The notes beneath the pieces were generated by a model. It saw nothing but the letters and a program-made list of their open reading frames with translations. It had not been told where the DNA came from and made no database searches. 64,000 nt of DNA from Bacteroidota bacterium (GTDB taxonomy: Bacteria > Bacteroidota > Bacteroidia > AKYH767-A > 2013-40CM-41-45). Location: positions 22,562-86,561 of the forward strand of contig JAYTOX010000058.1 in the NCBI GenBank assembly GCA_043747595.1, written 5' to 3'. Each line of letters begins with the position of its first letter. The stretch's first letter is position 1. Position numbers and translations under genes: made by a program. Of the stretch, positions 49,803 through 58,052 are shown one piece after another.

Positions 49803-51497
49803 TTACTTTCCATCGCCTGTACTACCTGCATTCGCACTATATGTTCCTTTCAATACCGATGTATAAGTAGGCTGATCGTTTAAAACTTCGATAGCTTTCT
49901 TTACATCCAAATCGTGCGTTAACGATTCTTTGATCCGGCCTTTTAAATATCCGTAACGAGAAACTATTTCATCTTCTACAAGTGATGTGATGTCGGCTCT
50001 GTTTTTTTGGATATCTGTTTGCTTGTCATGTTTTAATTTAAGCCTTAATGCTTCTATATCATCTTTCAACTGTGAGAAATATAATTCGTCTTCTGCATTT
50101 TTCTTAAATTCATCGAGCGATTTCTCACTCTTCGTAACATAATCATATTCTTTATCGCCAATGAAAGCTACAAAGTCGTTCCAATCGGCTTCCGACAAAT
50201 TAAAGTCTTCTGTGTTAATCGTAGGGTGCAGTGTTCGATATCTACTCGCATAATCGAATACAATATTTTTATTCATTAGGCTTACACTAATAGGATTTAA
50301 TTTTTTCGAAACAGTTACCATATCAGGTTTAATTCCTCCGCCATCAAAAACCGAGCGACCAACTTTCGTTTTAAACTCATTCATTAAAGAATCAGGAACT
50401 TTTCCAACACTTCCATCTTCGTTTCTATGAGTGTAATCGAGTGCTTGAATACATCGACCACTAGGAATATAATATTTCGCTGTAGTAATTTTTAATTGTG
50501 CATTATAAGAGAGTGGACGTGTAGTTTGAACCAATCCTTTCCCAAATGTTTTTTGTCCAATAATTACTGCACGATCGAGATCCTGCAAAGATCCAGATAC
50601 AATTTCTGAAGCAGAAGCGGAACCGCTGTTCACCAACAAAACAAGAGCGAGAGTAGGATCAATTGCTTCATTGATTGCTTTGTAACTTTTATTTAAATCT
50701 TTCAGCTTGCCTCTAGTGCTTACTATTTCCTGACCTTTCGGAACAAAAATATTAGAAATATTTACCGCTTCATTTAATAATCCACCTGGGTTTCCTCTTA
50801 AATCGATGACTAAACCTTTCAAAGAATTTTTAGATTTCAAATCTTTCAATGCATCAGCAACATCTTTACTGCAATTTTCGGTGAAACTATTCAGCTTAAT
50901 ATAACCGATTGAATTGTTCAACATTCCATAGTAAGGAATAGACTTAATTTTAATTTCTTCACGAGTAAGTAATCGTTCGAACGCTTTTTCTTCTCCTTCT
51001 CTTTTGATTAAAAGTTTCACTTCCGTTTTCGGTGATCCTTTAAGCATGCGACTAATTTCATCGGTACGTTTTAATTTTGTAGAGCGTCCATCAATTTCCA
51101 AAATCACATCACCGGCTCTTAGTCCGGCTTTGTCGGCAGGAAACCCTTCGTAAGGTTCTGAGATAGCAACGTAGTCGCCTTTCTGACGAACAACTGCTCC
51201 GATACCACCATATTGCCCGGTGGTCATAAACCGATAATCTTCGATATCAGATTCAGGAATGTAATTAGTGTATGGATCGAGAGTTGACAACATTTCATCG
51301 ATCCCTTTTTTCATAAGCTTACCGGGGTCGACCGAATCGACATAATAAATATTTACTTCACGATATAAGTTTGAAAAAATATCGAGGTTTTTTGCTACTT
51401 CGAAATATTCGTCGACGAAAGCAAAAGTACCGATAGAAAGTACCGCTGTAAGTAGAACGATAAATCTAATTTTATTTTTAAGAATGAATTTTTTCAT
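49803..51497 (-). CDS. ctpA: S41 family carboxy-terminal processing peptidase (PDZ-containing)
   Basis: Carries GLVIDLRGNPGGLLNEAV, the S41 catalytic Ser/Lys region, and a PDZ domain (GDVILEIDG). Confidence 0.85.
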   Translation of the reverse strand: MKKFILKNKIRFIVLLTAVLSIGTFAFVDEYFEVAKNLDIFSNLYREVNIYYVDSVDPGKLMKKGIDEMLSTLDPYTNYIPESDIEDYRFMTTGQYGGIGAVVRQKGDYVAISEPYEGFPADKAGLRAGDVILEIDGRSTKLKRTDEISRMLKGSPKTEVKLLIKREGEEKAFERLLTREEIKIKSIPYYGMLNNSIGYIKLNSFTENCSKDVADALKDLKSKNSLKGLVIDLRGNPGGLLNEAVNISNIFVPKGQEIVSTRGKLKDLNKSYKAINEAIDPTLALVLLVNSGSASASEIVSGSLQDLDRAVIIGQKTFGKGLVQTTRPLSYNAQLKITTAKYYIPSGRCIQALDYTHRNEDGSVGKVPDSLMNEFKTKVGRSVFDGGGIKPDMVTVSKKLNPISVSLMNKNIVFDYASRYRTLHPTINTEDFNLSEADWNDFVAFIGDKEYDYVTKSEKSLDEFKKNAEDELYFSQLKDDIEALRLKLKHDKQTDIQKNRADITSLVEDEIVSRYGYLKGRIKESLTHDLDVKKAIEVLNDQPTYTSVLKGTYSANAGSTGDGK

Positions 51498-51515
51498 GAT
51501 ACAGAGAATACTTTT

Positions 51516-51749
51516 TTATGGTAAAGGGTCATAGCCGGAGCCGCCCCATGGATGGCAACGAGAGATTCTTTTTATTGCGAGATACAATCCTTTAAACGGA
51601 CCATATTTTTTTAAGGCTTGAATTCCATAAGCAGAGCAAGTAGGATCGAATCGGCAACTAGGTCTCAACAAAGGTGAAAGCGCCAATTGATAAAAGCGAA
51701 TAAGACCTATGAAGATTTTAGCTAGTATGCGTGATAATATCCTTAGCAA
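51516..51749 (-). CDS. yidD: membrane protein insertion efficiency factor YidD
   Basis: Carries [44 protein letters not shown]. Confidence 0.8.
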   Translation of the reverse strand: MLRILSRILAKIFIGLIRFYQLALSPLLRPSCRFDPTCSAYGIQALKKYGPFKGLYLAIKRISRCHPWGGSGYDPLP

Positions 51750-52128
51750 AGCGTTGTAGAATTAATTTTAATTTTTCTTCTGTTTCATTATAGGTAATAA
51801 TATTTTTACCGGAAAAATAACAGAGGAGAGCAACTTGAATTTTCTTGTCAGAGATTAACGTATAAATATCTGCTTTATTTTTTCTGTACGACTCACGCAT
51901 TAATCGTTTCATCCGATTTCTATCAACAGCTTTTTTAAAAAAACGTTTAGGTACACTGAAAGCAATTTGAGCAGGAAAATCTGTTTCCAACGGAGTAGCG
52001 ATCCAAGTAAGTTTAAAAGGGGGCATTGAAATTATTTTTCCTTTTGAAACCAGTAATTCGATTGCTTTACGGCTACTTAGTCGCTCTGCTTTCTTAAAAG
52101 TATAACGACGAGGTGTAGCGGCGTTCAT
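51718..52128 (-). CDS. rnpA: ribonuclease P protein component
   Basis: Carries [21 protein letters not shown] and a basic RNR-like region ([17 protein letters not shown]). It lies upstream of yidD as in the canonical operon. Confidence 0.75.
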   Translation of the reverse strand: MNAATPRRYTFKKAERLSSRKAIELLVSKGKIISMPPFKLTWIATPLETDFPAQIAFSVPKRFFKKAVDRNRMKRLMRESYRKNKADIYTLISDKKIQVALLCYFSGKNIITYNETEEKLKLILQRFAKDIITHTS

Positions 52129-52134
52129 TGGAAA

Positions 52135-52884
52135 TTACTTATTAGCTTTCTTGATATATTGTTCAAGCGCCATAGTCATAGAAGGGGCCGCAGGAACAGG
52201 AGCTTGAATATCTAAACGGAGGCCGGCATCGGCCACAGCCTGAGCGGTAGTAGGACCAAAAGCGGCGATGCGCGTATTGTTTTGTTTGAATTTCGGAAAA
52301 TTTTTGAAGAGAGAGGTGATTCCTGAAGGGCTAAAAAATACGAGCACATCATAGTTTACCTCCGCCAGATCGGAGAGGTCGGAGGCTACCGTTTTATAAA
52401 TAACAGCTTTTGTATAATCGATTGAAAAAGAATCGAGTGTTTCAAAAATTTCTTGTTTGTGAATATCAGTACAAGGAACAAGAAATTTTTCTTTTTTATG
52501 CTTTTTGATTAGGTCCATCAGATCGTTGATGGTTTGTTTTCCAAAAAAGATCTTACGTTTTCTATAGACTACGAATTTTTGAAGGTAATAAGCAGTTGAC
52601 TCAGAGATGCAGAAATACTTCATGGTTTCAGGAACAGTGACACGCATTTCAATGCACATGCGGAAAAAATTGTCGGCAGCATTTCGGCTGGTCAAAATTA
52701 CTGCAGTATGCTCAGCAATATTCACTTTATCTTGCCTAAAATCTTTGGCAGCAATCGGCTCTACATGAATAAACGGTCTGAAATCAATTTTAAGGTTGAA
52801 TTTCTTCGACAAATCGAAATAGGGCGACTTTTCTGTTTCGGGCTTTGGCTGTGTAACCAGGATACTTTTAACTTTCAAACTCAT
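52135..52884 (-). CDS. hemD: uroporphyrinogen-III synthase
   Basis: Has the HemD-like fold pattern (ILVTQPKPE..., two-lobed with about 250 aa). The assignment rests on overall similarity only. Confidence 0.6.
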   Translation of the reverse strand: MSLKVKSILVTQPKPETEKSPYFDLSKKFNLKIDFRPFIHVEPIAAKDFRQDKVNIAEHTAVILTSRNAADNFFRMCIEMRVTVPETMKYFCISESTAYYLQKFVVYRKRKIFFGKQTINDLMDLIKKHKKEKFLVPCTDIHKQEIFETLDSFSIDYTKAVIYKTVASDLSDLAEVNYDVLVFFSPSGITSLFKNFPKFKQNNTRIAAFGPTTAQAVADAGLRLDIQAPVPAAPSMTMALEQYIKKANK

Positions 52885-52930
52885 ACTAAGGATTTCCGTT
52901 TTCGCTATAAGTCTCGGGGTGCACAGGTGA

Positions 52931-53827
52931 TTAAGACCACATAATTCGTATCAAAATCATCAAGGGCGCAATTTCAAGAGTGCAAAGATATAAAAATAAG
53001 TAAAGCAGCGAGAAAGTTGACGTACTGAGTCCAATAAGAATACCCCTAAAAATTCGATAACCGAAGGCAAGGCCAACAATAGAAAGCCCTAAAACAATAA
53101 ACCAATGGGAAGAGAACACCTGATTATAGGCCATTAAAAAAATAAACGGAAGCAGAACAATTCCAAGTATGTTATTGATAAGAAACGTATTGAAAATATA
53201 AGTGGCCATTTCTCTTTCTAAATTAAAGAGCCGGCCGGCAATTTTCAAGATCAGAAATTTCAGTGCATAAACGAGTGAAATCAGGACTGCAAAAAGGAGA
53301 AAACGATTGAATCCGGAGCCTACTCCTCCCAGTCTCCAGCCATAATTCAAGCTTATTAGATAAAGAAAGAGCGCTGCTATGAGATTAAAAACGAGACTTA
53401 AATACGTTGACGTTCGCTGAACGAGTATATTTTCATCCCTAACAATCTGATTGGTGAGATTATTATTGACAAAAGCCAATACCATTTGCGAAAAATATTT
53501 GGTGTAAAAAATTCGTAAAGCGGCATAAACACCTAAAACTAAAAGGAGAATTGGAAAAAACCAATCGGGCGATGAGGCTGTTTTTGAAATTGGTGTTTCG
53601 TTGGCAGGATGAAGAAAATGGCCATGATAGAGGTTGGAATACACAGGTCTATTGGCAGAATCGGCTGCATAAAATGCGAGCGTATCGAACTTCCATGCAG
53701 CTCGCATTGAACTATCGATGTTAGATTTTTGAACAAGCCCTTCTGGTTTACTGAAAATATACATCGACGAATCATTCGAATGAAACGCAGAAGAATCAGA
53801 AAAAAAAACAGTAGAATCGGGCGACAT
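52931..53827 (-). CDS. DUF4271 domain-containing membrane protein
   Basis: Has multiple TM helices after a soluble N-terminus. It carries DUF4271-like blocks and lies in the typical position next to hemD in Bacteroidota. Confidence 0.55.
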   Translation of the reverse strand: MSPDSTVFFSDSSAFHSNDSSMYIFSKPEGLVQKSNIDSSMRAAWKFDTLAFYAADSANRPVYSNLYHGHFLHPANETPISKTASSPDWFFPILLLVLGVYAALRIFYTKYFSQMVLAFVNNNLTNQIVRDENILVQRTSTYLSLVFNLIAALFLYLISLNYGWRLGGVGSGFNRFLLFAVLISLVYALKFLILKIAGRLFNLEREMATYIFNTFLINNILGIVLLPFIFLMAYNQVFSSHWFIVLGLSIVGLAFGYRIFRGILIGLSTSTFSLLYLFLYLCTLEIAPLMILIRIMWS

Positions 53828-54075
53828 TTAGAGTAGGAAACCTATAAGTAGAGAGTTTTTTGATGGCAACTATCTGCAAAGATAAATTCAATTTACAATT
53901 TAATACGCTTTGAAATTTAAAATGTTGCTAAAGGCAGAATTGAAGTAGGCCAGGAATTTAAAATTGGGTTCGAAAGAAAAAGTGGGAAAAGCAGCCTCTC
54001 AGTTTACGAAGCGGTATTGCTATTTCTCAAAAGATTCGTATTTATACGTTATCGATAAAGAAAAACCAAGAGCAA

Positions 54076-54978
54076 TTATTTCTTTGTCGTAGTTTTTGGA
54101 TCGCCTACCAACTTGAACATTCTGGAAATATTAAAGCTAAATTTAAATCCTCCCTTTTGCCACGAGTCCATAGTATTAACCAGGTAATCGTTTTCCAAAA
54201 TACCCGAGGCATTACTGAACATGATTGTAAATACGTGGCCGCCGGTTTCTATTTCTATTCCGGCTCCAATTACATCTGTATGCTGAAGGACCAATCGATT
54301 TCGATTCAATGTATTGGAATAATCAAAAATAATTGAAGCGCTTGGAGTAAATTTAAATCTGAACCCTCCAGATAAACTGAACGTATTGTTATCATCATCG
54401 GCAGGAACAAAATTTCGGTGAACATATGTTGGTATTACGACAACACTAAAACGAGAGGAAAATTTTCTGGCTAGTATCAGTTGCGAAACATAAACTAAAC
54501 GATAAGCGTCGCTCGTATAATCCATTCTATCTTGGGTAGAATAAGTTAAATTAGCAAAACCGGAAAGCGAAAAAGGAATTGAATTATTTTCAGTTTGATC
54601 GAGTAATCGAAATTTAACAAGTCCTTCTAAATCTTCATTCCTTTTGCAACGGCTCACACCAATCATAATATGGTCCGTTAGTCCGTAATGAAACCCAATT
54701 CGAATATCGCTCGACTGGTCAAAACCATATAAGTTATGAAATCCGCCGCCGCTTTGTGTGCCAACATTTCCGAAGAGATGGCTTATACGCACATCTAAGT
54801 TTTTTTTCTTGACAGTTTCGTTTGTGTGGATATTAATTAATTTATTTCCTTTAAACATACCGATTACCGGTAAATTAGATTTCGGTTTTTCATTTTGCAA
54901 TAATTTAAGGAGATCGTCTTGAGCAAAAAGAAAGGTAGGCAAGAAAAAGAAAAGTAAGTAGAGTAAATATTTATTCAT
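54076..54978 (-). CDS. DUF5777-like outer-membrane beta-barrel protein (paralog of 46..936)
   Basis: Has a signal peptide (LLYLLFFFLPTFLFAQ). Shares the blocks DVRISHLFG, VKFRLLDQTENNSIPFSL and IEIETGGHVFTIMFSN with 46..936. It is the last gene of the operon. Confidence 0.6.
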   Translation of the reverse strand: MNKYLLYLLFFFLPTFLFAQDDLLKLLQNEKPKSNLPVIGMFKGNKLINIHTNETVKKKNLDVRISHLFGNVGTQSGGGFHNLYGFDQSSDIRIGFHYGLTDHIMIGVSRCKRNEDLEGLVKFRLLDQTENNSIPFSLSGFANLTYSTQDRMDYTSDAYRLVYVSQLILARKFSSRFSVVVIPTYVHRNFVPADDDNNTFSLSGGFRFKFTPSASIIFDYSNTLNRNRLVLQHTDVIGAGIEIETGGHVFTIMFSNASGILENDYLVNTMDSWQKGGFKFSFNISRMFKLVGDPKTTTKK

Positions 54979-55538
54979 TTATTAATAACGTTTTTACCGG
55001 TTGCACGATAATCTAAAGTAACATTCACATCTATAATTTCTGCAATATTATGAAATAATAATTTCGGAACAGTAATATTAAAATCTTTTAATGCAACTTT
55101 GAAATTGGAGTTGATAGAGAAAGTGTTTCCATCTTTCTTATAAACCCCGTTTAGCTCAAGTTCTTTTTCAACTCCATGGATAGAAATAATTCCTTTAGCA
55201 GTAACATTATGTTCTCCATCAGAAAATGTTGCAATGGAATCTTGAATTATTCCTTTGAAGGAGGCCATAGGAAACTTATCGCTTTCCATATATTTTTCAT
55301 TGAAATGTTCTTCCATCAATTCTTTAGCGAAATGAAAATTTCGGATAGGAATAACTACGGCAATTTCATTGGTTGAACTATTAATAAAACTTGCAGCCTG
55401 TTTATTTTCTGCTTTAATATCTTCAATGGGAGCATGAGAATAAAAAGTAACAATCCCGCTCACCGCATTATATATGTTTTGCGAAAACGATGGAGTGCAG
55501 TAAATAATTAAAAAAAGAATCAGTGTTATTTTTTTCAT
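54975..55538 (-). CDS. YceI-like (lipocalin-like, polyisoprenoid-binding) periplasmic protein
   Basis: Has a signal peptide and YceI-like blocks (VSGIVTFYSHAP...; ...ITVPKLL...IEIIDVNVTLDYRA). It overlaps the DUF5777 gene by 4 nt. Confidence 0.65.
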   Translation of the reverse strand: MKKITLILFLIIYCTPSFSQNIYNAVSGIVTFYSHAPIEDIKAENKQAASFINSSTNEIAVVIPIRNFHFAKELMEEHFNEKYMESDKFPMASFKGIIQDSIATFSDGEHNVTAKGIISIHGVEKELELNGVYKKDGNTFSINSNFKVALKDFNITVPKLLFHNIAEIIDVNVTLDYRATGKNVINK

Positions 55539-55539
55539 T

Positions 55540-55902
55540 TTATTTTTCGGGGTAACCTTGTTGAATCCACGATTTCAATTGAAAGTAATCGCATTCACTA
55601 ATATGATACTTTTCGGGCATGTGCTGAGGGTCGTTCAAAGGGAGGTCTATTCTGTATTCTATGGTTCCCGAACGAATTCGATTGACAACTGTTTTATAGT
55701 TGGTATAATCATAAGCGCCTTTTCCTCCGGGTGCATGACATTCAGTAAAATTGCAATTCGCATTCAAGATCGGTAAAATATTGGTGTTAAATGTAAATCG
55801 AACGCTATCACAATTATTCGGACGGAAAATAGTTTCAACCATCTTTTCCTTTGTACAAGAAATTATGGTTAAGCAAAAAAGACCGATCCAAATAGATTTC
55901 AT
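55540..55902 (-). CDS. small Cys-rich lipoprotein, PSCyt1-like with C-x4-C-H motif (third paralog)
   Basis: Has a lipoprotein signal (LFCLTIISC) and carries ILPILNANCNFTECHAPGG...MPEKY...LKSWIQQGYPEK. The internal Met is chosen as the start. Confidence 0.5.
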   Translation of the reverse strand: MKSIWIGLFCLTIISCTKEKMVETIFRPNNCDSVRFTFNTNILPILNANCNFTECHAPGGKGAYDYTNYKTVVNRIRSGTIEYRIDLPLNDPQHMPEKYHISECDYFQLKSWIQQGYPEK

Positions 55903-55971
55903 ACTTGAATCAAATATAGGAAAAGGAATCTGTCTTAGCAATTCAATTTACATGAACTGCTTCAATAAAAT

Positions 55972-56646
55972 TTAAAAAATAGCTTGTGTTCTTTCCACAA
56001 CCCAGTAAAGAGCGATTAACGAAATACAGAGAGAAACAGGAATAGTCACAAATTTTCGATACCAATTTTGGTCAGAAAAACGAGTTTGGAAAACGATAAT
56101 GGCAAGAAAAATAACGGCCGTTTGTCCTGCTTCTACGCCAATATTAAACGATATCAGAGCCGACATAAAATCCTTTTCAGGCAAACCGATATCTGCTAAG
56201 ACGCCGGCAAATCCTAGTCCGTGGATAAGTCCGAATAAAAAAACGACGATAAGCCTCCACCACTTCAGTTCTGTTATTAAAATATTTTCTACTCCAATAA
56301 AAACTATTGATAGCGCAATTAAAGGCTCAACTATTGCTCCTTGCGGATGAATCATATTGTTCATCGCCAGTGCCAATGTTATGGAATGAGCAATTGTAAA
56401 ACACGTTACTTGAGCCAAAACAATTTTTAATTTCGGATTAAATAAAAATATGCCTAATACAAATAAAATATGATCGAAACCAAGAGGAAGAATGTGTTGA
56501 AATCCAAGTTTCAGATATTCCCAAAACAAATTGACCTTCGACATACCCTCAAGATCGTAAGCCATAGTGTGAGCTGAGCTTGAAAATGAAATCAAGGTAA
56601 ACAAGCAAAAGCTGATCAAGAATTTATTTTCGGTATTCAACTTCAT
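55972..56646 (-). CDS. HupE/UreJ family metal (Ni/Co-type) transporter
   Basis: Has 6 TM helices. His-rich motifs (HILPLGFDHILFVLG, HGLGFAGVL) are in TM segments, as in HupE/UreJ. The start overlaps the TPR gene stop (ATGA). Confidence 0.65.
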   Translation of the reverse strand: MKLNTENKFLISFCLFTLISFSSSAHTMAYDLEGMSKVNLFWEYLKLGFQHILPLGFDHILFVLGIFLFNPKLKIVLAQVTCFTIAHSITLALAMNNMIHPQGAIVEPLIALSIVFIGVENILITELKWWRLIVVFLFGLIHGLGFAGVLADIGLPEKDFMSALISFNIGVEAGQTAVIFLAIIVFQTRFSDQNWYRKFVTIPVSLCISLIALYWVVERTQAIF

Positions 56647-57974
56647 CAGTTAGCGGCTAAATAATTTTTATTTTCCCATTTCAACAAAACAGGTAAAAAC
56701 GGATTTGTACTTAAAGCCGATTGAATCAGCTTTACACCTTCAACACGGTTTCCTGATTTACTGAGTATAAGTCCGGCTTGATAATGAAGAACTGGATTCT
56801 GTGAATTCGTTCTTAAAGCTCTCACGACATATTTATTTGCTTTTTCAAAATCGCCTCGTTTGTAATATACCCAAGCTAAAGTTTGCTCAACATCAATATT
56901 ATCGGGACGGCGATTATATTCTATCAAAGCATGTTTTAATGCTTTGTTATAATCATAGGCGTTAATGTACGCGATAGCAAGTTCTTTATCGGCATAATGA
57001 CCATGATTTTTAACGCTCTCATCACCACTCACGCCAGCAAGCAATTCAATGGTTTTCTGCGCAGCTATGTATGCTAATTTAGGTTGGTTACTTATTCGAT
57101 ATACTTCCGACAACTCTTCTTCAAAAGAGAAATCGTCGATTATAGCAATGGCTTTTTTCAAATAATTAATTGAAGCAATGTAGTTACGCTTTGCTTTTTC
57201 AATGCGAGCCAAACCTGCATAAGCAAAAGAAAAAATAGGGCGATAATAGATTGCTGTTTCATATTGAAGTTGCGCTGAATCGAGCTGACCAGTTTGCTCA
57301 TACAAATGTCCGAGTTGAATTCGCGTCCATTCTGTAGCTTCCATTCCGGGATAGCCGGACTGAAGCGATAATTTCATTGCACTGATTGCTCCTGGATAAT
57401 CGCCATGAATTTCTCTTAAGTAGGAAATTCTACTATACGATCGATTATCAGGACGAAGTAATGCCATTTTATCGGCCATCACAATTGCATTTTGGTAGTC
57501 GCCATTTTCTACAAATGCATCGGTGAGAATTCCATAAACAGCAGTGCTATAAGGATTGATTCGTTGTGCATCTACAGCTATTGGAATTGCATCAGAAAAA
57601 TGATGTTGCGATAAAAGCACAGTTGCCTTTCCTATTAAGGATTCAAAATTTGTTGAATCTTTTTTAAGTACACTGCTAAAAAGTTCCAATGCCTTCGGAT
57701 CATAATAAGCATGCTCTCCTGATTCTCTCGACTCTTGAATATATGCAAACCCTAACTTCACTTTTGCTTCTTGGTTTTCAGGATTGATGCGAAGCGTTTC
57801 GATAAGCGATTGAATCGCTGCTTTACTATTAATCCATTCATTAGAAGATGCTGATTGACCTTGACGAATTTTAATTCCAAGTTTCAACTGATCAGGAGTT
57901 CTAAATTCTATGATTGCAAAAGAAAAGATGCTCACAAAAGAAAGAAGAAAAATGTATGCGATATTTTTTTTCAT
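56646..57974 (-). CDS. tetratricopeptide repeat protein (periplasmic/membrane-anchored)
   Basis: Has multiple TPR-like helical repeats and an N-terminal TM/signal (MKKNIAYIFLLSFVSIFSFAII). Confidence 0.65.
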   Translation of the reverse strand: MKKNIAYIFLLSFVSIFSFAIIEFRTPDQLKLGIKIRQGQSASSNEWINSKAAIQSLIETLRINPENQEAKVKLGFAYIQESRESGEHAYYDPKALELFSSVLKKDSTNFESLIGKATVLLSQHHFSDAIPIAVDAQRINPYSTAVYGILTDAFVENGDYQNAIVMADKMALLRPDNRSYSRISYLREIHGDYPGAISAMKLSLQSGYPGMEATEWTRIQLGHLYEQTGQLDSAQLQYETAIYYRPIFSFAYAGLARIEKAKRNYIASINYLKKAIAIIDDFSFEEELSEVYRISNQPKLAYIAAQKTIELLAGVSGDESVKNHGHYADKELAIAYINAYDYNKALKHALIEYNRRPDNIDVEQTLAWVYYKRGDFEKANKYVVRALRTNSQNPVLHYQAGLILSKSGNRVEGVKLIQSALSTNPFLPVLLKWENKNYLAAN

Positions 57975-58052
57975 GGTTCGAGTAATTGAAAAGATATATT
58001 TAAAAATAAGGACCGAAGCGATACACACTTCGGTCCTTGCTAAAAACAACCA

